From Felis catus (Eukaryota), in contig NC_058368.1 in assembly GCF_018350175.1 (NCBI RefSeq), forward strand, positions 51,709,815 to 51,773,814: a DNA stretch of 64,000 nucleotides. Direction: 5' to 3'. The notes under the pieces are model-generated. The model made no database searches. It worked only from the letters and a program-made list of their open reading frames with translations, and was not told the origin of the DNA. Below are positions 1-12,315 of the stretch, one piece after another (the stretch's first letter is position 1; each line of letters begins with the position of its first letter). Position numbers and translations under genes: made by a program.

Positions 1-568
1 ATTTCTAACCATCCCAGCAAGCTAAATGAGTCCTTACCAGCCTGATAATTATTGGATTTCCTTCTACGCTGCATGTGAAGGCTAAACACTATCCATTAAT
101 TTAAATGGACTTGTTAATGTTTGCTCTTCATGAAGACCTGTTTGTTTTCTCCTTCCAGGATATTTCATGTTCTTTTAGGTGGTAATTGTTGTTTGGGGTT
201 TGTTTTATTTATTTTCCAGAAACTAAGGCTTCTCTTCATTGGTTTGTAATTACCGGGCTCCTCTTATTCTTCTATAGAAAATAGTTTAGTAGCATTTGTC
301 TTTTTCCAGTTTCTAGGGGGTTTTCCCAGTTACTAGTGATTTTTGGGAAACAAGTCCTGGTGCGTATGGCACTATTATTGAGCCGTGAAACCCTCTAGAC
401 TTTCATACACAGAGGTGAATGTACATATGCCATTTTCTAGCCATTTTTGCTATATTTATTTCCTTATTCTACCTTAGCTTCTTAATACTTTCCATCACTA
501 CAGTGATTTCCCCTAGGCGACTCTTTGAGTTCTTTTTCATAAAGATATAAGGTGTATTAGAAGTTTGA

Positions 569-806
569 GGGGCGCCTGGGTGGCTCAGTCAGTTAAGCGT
601 CTGACTTCGGCTCAGGTCATGATCTCACGGTTCGTGGGTCCGAGCCCCGCATCGGGCTCTGTGCTGACAGCTCAGAGCCTGGAGCCTGTTTCAGATTCTG
701 TGTCTCCCTCTCTCTCTGCCCCTCCCCCACTCGCGCTCTGTCTCTCTCTGTCTCAAAAATAAATAAACATTAAAAAAAATTTTTTTTAATTTTTAAAAAA
801 TAAAAA
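569..806 (+). mobile_element. Felid Can-SINE (SINEC_Fc2-like)
   Basis: GGGGCGCCTGGGTGGCTCAG head, CT-rich region, A tail; target-site duplication (TSD) agaagtttga at 559-568 and 807-816. Confidence 0.95.
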
Positions 807-1044
807 AGAAGTTTGATAAATTGGAAGATTTTGGAGTTAAAATATCGAAATATCACTCAATGCAGATCTCTGCATACCTTGGTACAATGATCCAAGAAAG
901 CCTACTCCAATCTTACTCTCGGTTGAGGTCCATCAGCAATCTACAGTGGAGGAAAAGTCATTCTTCTCACCCTTTCTTTTAGCCTGTCACTTTCCACCCA
1001 TCAGTCCCTTTTGTTTCCTGGGCTTCTGGGACAGGAACTTCATT

Positions 1045-1300
1045 ACCAGGTTGAATACCAGCTGTGCACTAGCTATGCAGCCTCAGGTAAGCTACTCATC
1101 CTAAAACCTCTTTCCAGAAACAACTACTTTCAGCCACTGCCCACATTTCCAACTCTTGCCCTACCTTCTGCAAAGAGTCTGACTTCCTTGAAATCATTCA
1201 TCATAAAGTTTCATTTAAGTGTGGAATGAGGATAATAACAGCATCAAACTTAAAGCATTGTGTAGGTCTTAAATGAGATAATACATGTAAAATCTGAACT
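1045..1300. mobile_element. Degenerate MIR-like SINE fragment(s)
   Basis: MIR-like motifs such as cagcctcaggtaagctactc and taaatgagataatacatgtaaa; boundaries approximate. Confidence 0.4.
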
Positions 1301-2173
1301 CAGTAGAGCTGACACTATCACATGACCAGTGGTCAGAATTGATTTTTTTCTTTTTTTTTTCCCTTTCTTCTTTCATCCTCTAGTTTGTTAGCCTATATTC
1401 TGCTCTTTTCTGCCTCATTTTTCCTATTCCCTTTCCTCTATGCAACACCCATTCCGGTTTCTTTGCTCACCGGATCTTTCTGAATAGAAAGTTAGCAGAG
1501 AATAGTGAAGGCCTTATTAGGTAAGCCAAGAGTCATTTTGCCCTTGTGTGGGATGGGAAGACCAATTCACAGTCTTTTTTTCAAGAAGACCCAAATGATG
1601 AAGGAAAAGAGTGTAGCTTAGGAGGTGGCCCCGGAAATTTTTAGGGTTGGGACGGGTGGAGCTGGGACTGAGATTGGGTTTAACCTAACAGACCTAAGGG
1701 CTCTTGGGGAAATGCTCTTATTACAAATAGAAAACACTGAAGAAAATTGAGACAGACCATAAGGAGATGAAGAAAAACTGAGAAGACAAATCAAAGAAAT
1801 AGGAGATGTTTGATAGTTTCAAATACATCCAAAGAGAACTAAGAAACGTAATTGCTTCTGTGATTCAGAGCTTAAGGAGAATGATTTCATCTAAAACCTA
1901 AAGACAGATGTCTTTATGTGTAGGCTGTGAGCATCGGGTAAAAACCAGCTCTTTCTGCTGCTTGGCCACAAAGAGGAAACGAAAGATGATCCAGAAGCTG
2001 AAAAGTTTTTCTATCTTTATTGACTTGACGTCATGATTTCATACTAGAATTTTCAACTTAAGCATTTGATGCTTTAAAGGAAAAGGTTTTTTTAAATTCC
2101 CAGTATAATAGAGACAAACAGCTTTCATACATCTTTTCCCATAAAATACCACATTTAAAATACAGTTGCTCGT

Positions 2174-2392
2174 GGGGTGCCTGGGTCGCTCAGTCAATTA
2201 AGTGTCTGACTCTTGGTTTTGGCTCAGGTCATGATCTCATGGCTTGTGGGTCCAAGCCCCACATTGGGCTCTGCACTGACAATGTGGAGCCTGCCTGGGA
2301 TTCTCTCTCTCCTTCTCCCTCTGCCCCTCCCCCACTTGCATACACACACTCTCTCTCAAAAATATATAAATATTTTTAATAAAAAATAAAAT
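2174..2392 (+). mobile_element. Older Can-SINE
   Basis: tRNA-derived head, CT tract, A-rich tail, degenerate TSD. Confidence 0.9.
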
Positions 2393-3104
2393 AAAATAGA
2401 GTTACTGGTAATCTGCCATCAGTGAGGCATATGCACTGGTAACAGTGTTTTGAGGAGCCAACATTAGAGTCTCGTCTTTCTCCTGAGAAGTTAAAAAACT
2501 TATTTGGAATGAAACTGAAGGACAGCACTTGGAAATAAGTCAAATCGGCTGAACTGAGGCTACTAAGGCAGCATTATTAGATACCTTACAGACACATATA
2601 GACACAAAGGTGGGGCTGAAGGAGATTGTGTGAGGGGTATAAGAGGAACACATGCAGATTTAATGAGAAAAATTTATTTTCTCGCAATATTAGTTACGTT
2701 CATTAAAAAAAAACCTCTGTATATTTATTAAACTATTACCACCTGAAAATAGAATATATTACATGTTCCTTTCTCATTTACTTTGTGTCAGTGGACACAA
2801 TAGGCTAGGGAAGAGTATAAAACACTATTAAGTTATCTAGCAGGGAGATCTATCCAGGAAAGGAGTCCAATCAGGAATAGTGCCAGGCCACTCATGACTT
2901 GAGTGTAGATTCAGGAAGGGTGAGGCTCGAGGCTGAGCTGTCCGGGGATACTGGAACAACCATTCATTACTACTGCTCCTCCCAGCTCCTCTTCCATTAT
3001 CTCCCATCTTTTGGAACTCCAGGGCATTTCCCTGAGTGTCTGGTGTTGGCTATATCACACAGTACTTTGAGCAACATGTAGTATCATGTACTCAAAACAG
3101 CCTT

Positions 3105-3290
3105 GGCATTGCACTAGTGTGGACCTAATTATAATTCCTGGTTCCGCCACTTACTGTGTGACCTTGGGCAGGTTATTTAACCTCTCTGAGTTTTGGATTC
3201 CTATAATTAGAGGTGATAGTACTCATTTGGAAGGATTAAATAAAATAATATGCACAAAGCATGTGAAGCAATAGTAGGGACTCAACAAGG
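3105..3290 (+). mobile_element. MIR SINE
   Basis: MIR core gccacttactgtgtgaccttgggcaggttatttaacctctctgag. Confidence 0.7.
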
Positions 3291-4239
3291 AATCCTTCTT
3301 GCTAGGAACATTAAACACATGGACATATTGTAAGAAATAGTGTTTTACTGATAAAAGAGTCACAGATATCTTATATTTTGTAGGCCATCATGGCTTTTTT
3401 ACACCTTACACCTTCTACTTGCTCCACAATGGACTCATAATAGGCAGGAAGAACATTAAGCTTGAGTAATAAAAATATGGAGAAACAATCTTCTGAATGA
3501 ACTAGTAGGTTTCTTTTTCTCTTCCAAGGAGAAGTCAAGAGATAGATAATCCAGGTCAATGGTGGCAGCTCTGTGATACTGTCAATGCACCAGTTTCCTT
3601 CAACTTCCCACTCTGCTCATCGTAGTATGCGACCTTAGTCCTCATGGTTAGTCCATGGTCCCAAGATGGCGGCTCCTACCTTCTGCATGGCATCCTAGTT
3701 TGAGAGAAGAGGGAGAGTGAAGCACAAAAAGCTAAGTCCTTCCCAGGGACTTTCATTGGAAGAGGCAACAGGATAGAACCAAGTTTCTTAAAGCAAGTGG
3801 GATTGTTGGAACCTTTCCTAGAAAGTATTACAGAGACTCTGGGGTGGAGCCAGTGAGGTGTTTACAGGACACCCGAAGCTTGTCCAGGAGAAAGAGGTTA
3901 AGGGCCATGAGTTTCTTGGATGTCTTATCTCTTTTGACTCCATTTAACCAGGCCTTTTGGAGAATGCCTAGCTACAGAAGGCATGAAAATATCAGACCCT
4001 CTACAGAATGCTGGATCTGATTAGGGCCATTCTCTAAATATAAGGTAAAGAGGAGATACCTGCTTTTCTCTGTACAACTCTGCAGGAAGTGCTGAGGATG
4101 TGGGAGTCTCTGGCATAGAGGAAAAAATGATGAGCCTCCAGCTAGAAAGCCCCAGGTCGAGTCCCAGCTTTGCCACTCATTAGCTATTTGAGCCGAGTCT
4201 CTGCTTCTGCCTCTGCAAAGTAGGGATTAGATCACTGTA

Positions 4240-4683
4240 TTTTTTTTTTAATTGAAGTACAGTTGTCGTGCAATGTTATATTTATTTCAGGTATACAATG
4301 TAGTGATTTTGACAATTCTTTATATTACTCAGTGCTCCCTACTGTAAATGCAGTTACCGTCTATCACCACACAATGTTACTACAAAATTATTGAGTGTAT
4401 TTCCCATGGTGAACCTTTCACTTCCATGAGTTATTTATTTGATAGCTGGAAGTTCGTACTTCTTAATCCCTTTCACCTATTTTCTAATTCCCCCATCCCC
4501 ATCCCCTCTGGCAACCACCAGTTTATTCTCTGTATTTATGAGTCTGTTTCTGTTTTATTTGTTTGTTTGTTGTTGTTGTTGTTTTAGATTCCACATATAA
4601 GTGAAATCATATGGTATTTCTCTTTCTCTGTCTGACTTATTTCACTTAGCATAATACACTCTAGTTCCACCCATGTTGTTGTG
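4240..4683 (-). mobile_element. L1 3' end fragment
   Basis: Poly-T start and L1 3'UTR motifs such as ttttagattccacatataagtga and tgacttatttcacttagcataata. Confidence 0.85.
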
Positions 4684-4869
4684 GAATTATATCACTCTTA
4701 AATGTTGTGGAAACCAAATGGGATAAATTATAAAGTTCTATAAAGTTATGTAAAGTGTTATTATTGTCTGAACTCTCCTCCTTACCCAGCAGAACTTAAA
4801 GGGGTAGCAGAAGCCTTGCTTGGGAGGAGAATTGAGGTGGGATGTGAGTAGAATACCAAAGAAAATCTA

Positions 4870-5285
4870 ATAAACAGCATCCATATAGAATCACACAAAT
4901 GTGGTGTTTTATGTCTGGCTTCTTTCATTTAGCATGTTTCAAGCTTCATTCATGTTGTAGTATGTAGCCTAAGCAGGCTCCAAACTGTCAGCACAGAGCC
5001 TGATGCAGGGCTCAATCTCAAGAACCATGAGATCATGACCTGAGCCAAAATCAAGAGTTGGGTGCTTAATGTCCTGAGCTGCCCAGGTGCCCCGATACTT
5101 CAGCTTTTAACAATTGCTGAGTAATATGTATGAATATAGCATTTTCATATTATATGAATATACCATATGTTGTGTACCCATTCATCCATTGATGGACATT
5201 TGTGTTGTTTCCACTTTGGGCTATTTTGAATAATGCTGCTATGACCATTCTTGCACAAGTTTTTTGTGTAGACGTATGTTCATAA
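4870..5285 (-). mobile_element. Old L1M fragment interrupted by a partial Can-SINE (~4970-5093)
   Basis: L1 motifs (ccattcatccattgatggacattt) on both sides of a reverse SINE head. Confidence 0.75.
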
Positions 5286-5821
5286 CCAAGAGAATATCAA
5301 GGGGTGCACAGAAGCCTTCTCTGTGAGGGTTTGTTTGCTGCAGAGGCTGTCCTGGTGCTCCTACTGCCAAGCACTAGGGGCCAGAGCTCATGGGACTTCC
5401 AAAGAGTGAAATGTCTAGAATCAGGTGGGCCACTTCTGTCCCCCTTTCTCAGGGTACCGGTCTAGTCTTGCAATGATTCGTGATGAGCATTGCTGCTGGT
5501 TGATATGGAAAGAATTGGCTTTGGTTTAGAAGACAGATTCTGCTTCTTCCCACCATAGGTATGTTACATACTCTCCCTGAGATTCAGTTGTCTCATCTGG
5601 GAGATGGAAGTAATAATAGCTAACTCACAGAGCTTATGCAAGGATGAGACAATGCCTGTGAGGTATCCTGTTCAGAGCAGATGCTCTTGCTATTAGTAGT
5701 TGCCCTGTGCAGTAGGACAGTTGAAGACACAAAGGGCACAGGTCAGAGACAGGGTGACACAAAGCCCTTTGAATGACCTAACTATGTTAGAAATGTTTAA
5801 ATCATGTTTCCTATAAGTACC

Positions 5822-6222
5822 CTATTTGTTTGCTAGTGCTGCCATAACAAAATACCACAGACTAGTTGACTTAAACAACAGAAGTTTATTCTTTCACAGT
5901 TCTGAAGGCTAGAAATCCAAGATCAAGGTGCTGTCAGGTTTGGTTTCTCTTGTGGACTCTCTTCTTGGCTTGCAGATGGCCACTTTCTGTGTCCTCCCAT
6001 GTCCTTTTCTCTGCACATACACCCCTGGTGTCTCTTTGTGTGTCCCAGATTCCTCCTTTTATAAGATCACTAGACAGGTAGGATTAGGGCCCACCTAATG
6101 GCCTCACTTTAACTTAATCATCCCTTTAAAGGCTCTGTATTCAAATACAGTCACATCTTGAGGTACTGGGCATTGGGCTTCAACATAGGAATTTTGGGAG
6201 AGACACAATACAGCCCATAATA
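5822..6222 (-). mobile_element. MLT1-type MaLR solo LTR
   Basis: gctgccataacaaaataccacagact...ttaaacaacagaa...tccaagatcaaggtg motifs. Confidence 0.85.
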
Positions 6223-7410
6223 GGCACCTGAGGAGCATCTACTCTGTCTGTCCCAGGCGCCAGAGATCTAGAAGGGAAAGACTCAGGTCTTGCCCACAGG
6301 ACTGTCAGTCTTTTGAAAGAGAAAGACAAATAGACAATTGTAAAATGCCTTTTCTCCATTTACGTTGGCCTGTATCTTACACTTAAATTTGCAGTGTTTA
6401 CAAATATATCATCAAATATACATTCAGTATTTTGACCACCTCAGAATCTCATTTCAGTCAGCTATGAACTCTCCACATCTTTACAGCTCAGGAAGAGAAT
6501 TTATTGGAGCCCACTTAGAAACAGGAAAAGGCTAGCCAAGAACTCAGAGAAGCTGGGCCAAACTGAGGGGGAAATGAAGTAGCTGAGATTGAAGTGTGTC
6601 TTCACATGCTTCTTTTCCACCCAATTCTGCCAAATTTTAGTAAGCTTCAGAAACAGCCAGCCAGAGGTTGCCCACACTCCTTGCACACCCAGTGGCCCAA
6701 ATTCAAGGCTGTTCCATCCCCTCCCCACACCCAACCACACCTGCCTTCTGTATTTGATCTCTTCTTTCCAAGATGATAGAGGCATGAGGTTAAAAATTGA
6801 GCACTTTCCATGTGTTGGGCAATAATTAGACACTCTACATATGTCATCTAATTTGACCTTCAAAGCAGCCATATTTCACCTCATTTGATAGATGAGGGAG
6901 CAGAACTACAACACACCATAAGTAACAATCAGTAAATAGCATCCTTTAAATGCACATCGTTCTAACTTCACTAAGACCTTCAGCCTCTCAGCTATTAGTG
7001 ATGTGAACAGCTGCTGATCTCTGTGAAGATAATGCCGTGGCTGATTACATTGGTGGTTAGTGTTAGGATGGGTTCCCAGAAACAGCGCTCAAGAATTTTG
7101 GTGCCTGTGACTTATTGAGGGTAGGCTCTCAGGAGAAAGGAGAAAGGAGGAAGAAGAGGTGGAGGAAGGGGCTTAGCAAGCATATGCTCTCTGTTAGTCT
7201 AGCTTCAGCCTGATCCCATAGTGAGCTTTGAAGCACAAATCACCTGCAGAATTGGCTCTACCTTGAGGCAAGAGACCCACATTTTACCCTTGGTAATTCA
7301 GCACTGCAGGTTGTAGTGTGTGGGGAGTGTGTGTAACCAGGCAGCCCCACTAGTTAAAGGCAATTCTCTAGAGCAGGTGTAGTCATGAGCCCATAGTGCC
7401 AATCACAAAC

Positions 7411-7597
7411 TTATTTTTTGTGAGAGAGAGAGAACGAGGTGGGGAGGGGCAGAGAGATGGAGACTCAGAATCCAAAGCAGGCTCCAGGCTCTGAGCTGTC
7501 AGCACACAGCCCCACATGGGGCTCAAACTCAAAAACCACGAGATCATGACCTGAGCCAAAGTCGGACACTCAACTGACCGAAGCACCCAGGCATGCC
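7411..7597 (-). mobile_element. Can-SINE
   Basis: Reverse-complement SINE body with degenerate TSD. Confidence 0.9.
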
Positions 7598-8438
7598 TAA
7601 TCATCACAAGCTTATGATGGCAAGTTTCATTTGCCCATTTTACAGGGAGATTATGTGGTTCTGTTACATAACTTTGATGTGATAAAGCTGGGCCTATGAC
7701 TTGCTTTTGACTTGAGATCTGATGTGCCTCCAACATTTCATACACTGTATGGTTGGATGGATTCTGCAAAAAACATAATACACCTCGTAGGGGGACCAGG
7801 CATCCACATCCTCATTTGCCCAGGACTTTTTCTGTTTTAAAACTGAAAATGTCACATTTCAGGAAAGCCCAGGGCCAACATAACCATTAAGCAGAAAAAA
7901 GCAGTGCCTACGGCTTAGTATACATTTAGAAGCCTACAAAAAGGTTCTAATTTTAATTCTTTATAACAACAGAAGAAAAAATAAATATAATAATAATAAT
8001 ATATAATAATGAAGCCAACCTGGATTATTTTTTACTTTTGTACTAACAGTTGTAAAATATAATTTTTAACGTGTGGGCATGTGCGTGCGTGTGTATGTGT
8101 GTGTGTGAGGGAAGAGGCTGATGAAAGCAAAAGTGTCTAGGACTCACAAAGTCATAATTCAACCCTGTTACTCACTTTGGCTTCCCCAGGGGTCACTTCC
8201 TTTCTTAGGGCACTGTACATATTGTGCTGTGAATTCCATGTCACTATCTCCCTATTGACCTGAGCAAACATTTCTTTCACTCATCTTTTTGTCTCCAGCT
8301 CCTGGCTTAGTGCCAAGCATACTATAGGCATTCGATGCGTATTTATTGGTTGAATAAATGAGTTAATTGATGGCCTCATTCAGCCAATTGCTTGTTATAT
8401 AATATAGGGGACACTAACCGCTCTTGGCCTCAATTTCG

Positions 8439-8641
8439 TTTTTTTTTTTTTTTTTAGTTTATTTATTTCTTTTGAGAGAGAGAGGATGGGGGGCAGAGAG
8501 AGAGGGAGAGAGAGAGAGAGAACCCCAAGCAGGCTCTGCACTGTCAGCCAGAGTTTGACATGGGGCTAGATCTCATGAACTGTGGGATCACAAACCGCCA
8601 AGACCAAGAGTTGGATGCTTAACTGACTGACTTAAGTGCCC
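8439..8641 (-). mobile_element. Can-SINE
   Basis: Poly-T, (GA)n, reverse head; TSD cttggcct(c/t)aattt. Confidence 0.9.
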
Positions 8642-8872
8642 CTTGGCCTTAATTTTTACATCTGTAAAATAAATACGTTGGAATCAACGAACTCTCTGGT
8701 TCTTAGGGAACACTTTATGTCATGTATTTGTTGTACCAGATCATGTGACTTTCTTAATGTCATTGAAAAATGTGTTTTATTAGCAATGAAAGAGTCACTT
8801 GTAGATTCTTAGAGTCATTGTCATGTATCTCCCTCTCTCTATTTTTCTTTTAGATCCTTCCTGGAAGGCAGC

Positions 8873-8915
8873 ATGTCAAATTTTACCTTGAGAAAAATGT
8901 CTCCCACAGGAAATG
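8873..8915 (+). CDS. SCEL: Sciellin first coding exon (exon ~8854-8915), MSNFTLRKMSPTGN(D); donor is non-canonical
   Basis: Polypyrimidine tract and TAG acceptor at 8851-8853; gcagcATG context; translation matches the recalled sciellin N-terminus (human MSNVTLRKMSPTGNE). The phase-1 end needed to join the next exon is followed by ATAATG, not GT. Confidence 0.85.
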
Positions 8916-9606
8916 ATAATGTAGATAATATTTTCCTTACTCAGAAAACTTAAGTATATGAGAAAAACAACTCATAGCTCCTAATTCTTTTATATAGATA
9001 TTGAATGTTTAGAAGCAACAATCTAACTTAATTAGCATTGCCAAGTTAGACTTCAGGAAAATGTAAGGGTGCTATAGCTTTTACTCATATAATTGCAATT
9101 CAAAGATTTTGTAAAAAATCAATACAAATGTTCTTTTGTGTGGGGGACATTCTGGGCTTCTGACTCCCCTGAGATTAAATAATTCAGTTACTTATAATCA
9201 AAAGCACCAGACCTGCTTGACTTTTAGTTAGTAGGTACTTTAAAAAATCTGTGTGTACTTCTGAAGCATATTTCTTTTTAAATAAAATGGCCAACCCATC
9301 AAACCCTGGCTTGGTTTATCTCAAGCCCATGGTTCTGTATTCCTGGGTGCCTCACGAGGCCTCCTGAATGCCACACTGTCAGTTTCAGTTGGCACCTAAG
9401 CAATTTTATATGTTATCTTTGATGATGAGATGTGGGATTTGTTCTTTCTTGCCAGCACATCCTACTTTGAAACAGTACCGGCCTTGTCAGTCTAGAAGAT
9501 TGATGCTGGCCAATCAGATGTGCCTCTCGAGACATCGAGGTTAACAAACTCACTCTCAGCCCCATGCAATTACACTGCCCAGTTTCTTATTTTTTTCTGT
9601 TGACAG

Positions 9607-9724
9607 ATATGAAGAGTACCACGCAGGGGACCACACTGAGGCAACAGGGTTTCCACGAGGTGAACAAAAGAAGGAATTTCTTGCAGGATAACAGCTGGAT
9701 CAAAAACCGTCCTGAAGAAGAAAA
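9607..9724 (+). CDS. SCEL: Sciellin exon 3, MKSTTQGTTLRQQGFHEVNKRRNFLQDNSWIKNRPEEE(K)
   Basis: tgacag acceptor, gtaaga donor, 118 nt, phase 1-2, open frame; strong match to recalled sciellin sequence. Confidence 0.96.
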
Positions 9725-10472
9725 GTAAGAGGGTGTGGAGAGGGTGGGTATGTGGACAATTAGGGAGAGCCATTCTCTAGTTGGGAAGCTAGCGGCCATC
9801 TGGAAAGCAAGCACGTTCCTTAAAACACTGTTACATGACCTAATATATCAGCTTTCAGATTTTCAAGACTATCTCTACCATTTTTATTATCCACATACCA
9901 AAGAGGATGTGAGTCATCAGGGAGAAAAAGCAGAGTTTCATTGTTAGAACTGAATAGACATTTGTGTTTATTTGATAAACAGAAAAGAACATGACTTTCC
10001 AGTTTCCCAAAAGATAATATTCAATCCATGGTAGGGAGATTCCAGATGCATGTTAATTATGTCATTTGAAACAAATAATAGTATGATTCCTAATTTGCAA
10101 ATTTAATAATAATTTACCTAAAATGTTGATATGTGCAAACGAAGTCAATGCATTCTCAATTCATTTTAGTCCCAATGGTCATATATATCTAGGTACTCAG
10201 TGGGTGGTAAATGTAATATTACTTTGTAAGGGAAAACATTGGCCACCAAGAAAGTTTTGTCTGTTTTGAGCATTGCTTCTACTAGCTATATGTTATAGAC
10301 CTAAAAACTACAACTGTAGGCATATCACCTCATTGCCAACATAGACATTTGTCCAGCCCAGATATATTTATTACAAATTATATGACACATATACATATAT
10401 TTTTTGTTTCCCTCTTATGTGTCATACTTGATACTAGGTACATACTTTACATATGAAGTACCACAAAATCTT

Positions 10473-10597
10473 GGGGCACCTGGGTGGCTCAGTCAGTTAA
10501 GCATCCAACTCTTGATCTTGGCTCAGGTCATGATCTCACAGCCCTGGGATTGAGCCCAGCATCCGGTTCCACACTGAGCATGGAGCCTGTTTGAGAT

Positions 10598-10635
<38 letters not shown>

Positions 10636-10670
10636 CTTGCATGCTCTCTCTTTTTCTCAAATTAAAAAAA
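10473..10670 (+). mobile_element. Can-SINE
   Basis: SINE head, (CT)n, A tail. Confidence 0.9.
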
Positions 10671-10802
10671 TCTCACAAATCACACAAGGTAGTTATTGCA
10701 TCCTATATTTTATGGAAGAAGGATATGAGGCCCAGAAAGTTTAAGTAACTTGTCAAATCCCCACAACTATGAAGTGATGGAATTGAGATTTTAACATGAT
10801 CC

Positions 10803-10988
10803 ATTGTCCCAGGGGATGTTTGCAAAGGTCTGGAGACATTTTCAGTTATCAAAATTGGGGAGTGCTCCTGACATCCAGTGGGTAGAGGTCATGGATGCCA
10901 CTACACATCCTACGATGCACAGGGCTCTCCCCACAACACAAAATTATCAAGCCTGTAGTGTCATGGTGCTAAAGTTGAGAAGCTCTGC
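10803..10988. mobile_element. MER20-like hAT DNA transposon relic
   Basis: ggagacatttt...gacatccagtgggtagagg...catcctacgatgcacagg motifs typical of MER20. Confidence 0.75.
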
Positions 10989-11259
10989 ATTACAGGATAT
11001 TTACTGTACGCTTTCTACTAAACTGCCCATATATAGTCATTTGCGGGACATACTTGTAACCATTAAATGAAGATGTCTATTAGTTTCTGTCATTAAATAT
11101 TATTATTTTAAGGGAATATAGGTGTATTTAGAGACTCACACTGACTTTTGGAGTTAATATTCATGGACAACGATTATTTCCTTTAGCAACACATTTACTA
11201 CTTCTGTCAGAGCCTAATATGGCATTTCTGTCTTCCCTAATGGTAGAGTGATGTCAAAC

Positions 11260-11501
11260 GTGAATCATAAATTCTGTGTTGCGAATATATGCACAGATGG
11301 GTGAAAACAGAGATGTCTAAGACAAATTGTAATTGGTAGGAATGACGGTTTTATGCCAGGCGTGCCTCCTTTATAAAGGCTCAGGGAAGCTGGCTTAGAG
11401 GACGTGCCAGCTGCTGAATGCAGGGGAAATTGGCTCTGATGCTTGCCCACTCCTACTGGCCCACTTCTGGGCTGTGTGTTACAATTCTTCTTCAGGTAAG
11501 G
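11260..11501 (+). promoter_or_regulatory. Candidate internal TATA promoter and alternative first exon
   Basis: TGAATCA at 11261, ATTGG near 11332, TGACG near 11343, TATAAA at 11372-11377, a GC-richer ~95-nt segment, then consensus donor CAG|GTAAGG at 11495/11496. Confidence 0.4.
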
Positions 11502-12099
11502 ATGTGTCTGGTGTCCGCTACTCTCTCATAAGCTTGAGAAAGGGATACCAAGAGAGATGAAACAATTCTCTTGGGATTTTTGAGGGTATAAATTTGCTGG
11601 GATTGTTTCAACCTCACCGTTCATCTTTCTTTTTAATTATCCACCTCAGTTTCTTGTACAGCTTTATTACAAATTGTTCCAGAGTGTTGAGTAACATTAA
11701 GGGAGCAGACCCAGGAACAATGTGGTATTTCAGGTTTGGTTGGGTTGACATGAAAAAGGTTCAGGTACTTACTCTTTGGCTTTGGTTCAATGCCCAAAGC
11801 TCTTCTACATGTTTTGACATTTCCTAAAATTGCCTGTACTTTCAGGTCCACCGTACAAAGTAAGAAAGACATGGTTTGGGATTTTATGTATGAAGGTTTA
11901 TGTATGTATGAAGGCTATGTATGAATGGTTAAGCAGTAGGAAAAAGCAGAGGTTTGAAATAAAAAGATCTGGGTCCTAGACCCACGTCTGTCACTTACTA
12001 ACCTTTTAGTCTTAGGGAAACCACAAAATCTCTGATCAATTTCTTCTTCTGTGAATTGGATGTGACAGAGTCTTCCTTGCCTAATTCATAGGATTATTA

Positions 12100-12315
12100 T
12101 TATTTTTTAATGTTTTATTTATTTTTGAAGGAGAGAGAGAGAGACAGAGCATGAGCTAGGGAGGAACAGAGAGAGAGGGAGACACAGAATTCGAAGCAGG
12201 CTCCAGGCTCTAAGTTGTCAGCACAGAGCCCGATACGGGCTCGAACCCATGAAGTGTGAGATCATGACCTGAGCCGAAGTCGGACGCTTAACCGATTGAG
12301 CCACCCAGGCGCCCC
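12100..12315 (-). mobile_element. Can-SINE (SINEC_Fc2-like)
   Basis: Full reverse SINE with CpGs retained. Confidence 0.93.

Noticed and set aside
569..660. tRNA-like A/B boxes
   Set aside because: These are the tRNA-derived heads of Can-SINEs, not tRNA genes.
2026..2033. Perfect CRE palindrome TGACGTCA, plus scattered AP-1 TGA(C/G)TCA sites elsewhere (e.g. 9910, 14636)
   Set aside because: Isolated 7-8-mers are expected by chance in 64 kb, and I see no supporting context.
1..8853. SCEL main promoter and non-coding exon 1
   Set aside because: No CpG island or convincing TATA-plus-donor arrangement is visible here. It probably lies upstream of the window.
8916..9606. Possible U12-type AT-AC intron explaining the AT donor
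   Set aside because: The donor ATAATG does not match the U12 consensus ATATCCTT, and the intron ends in CAG, not AC.
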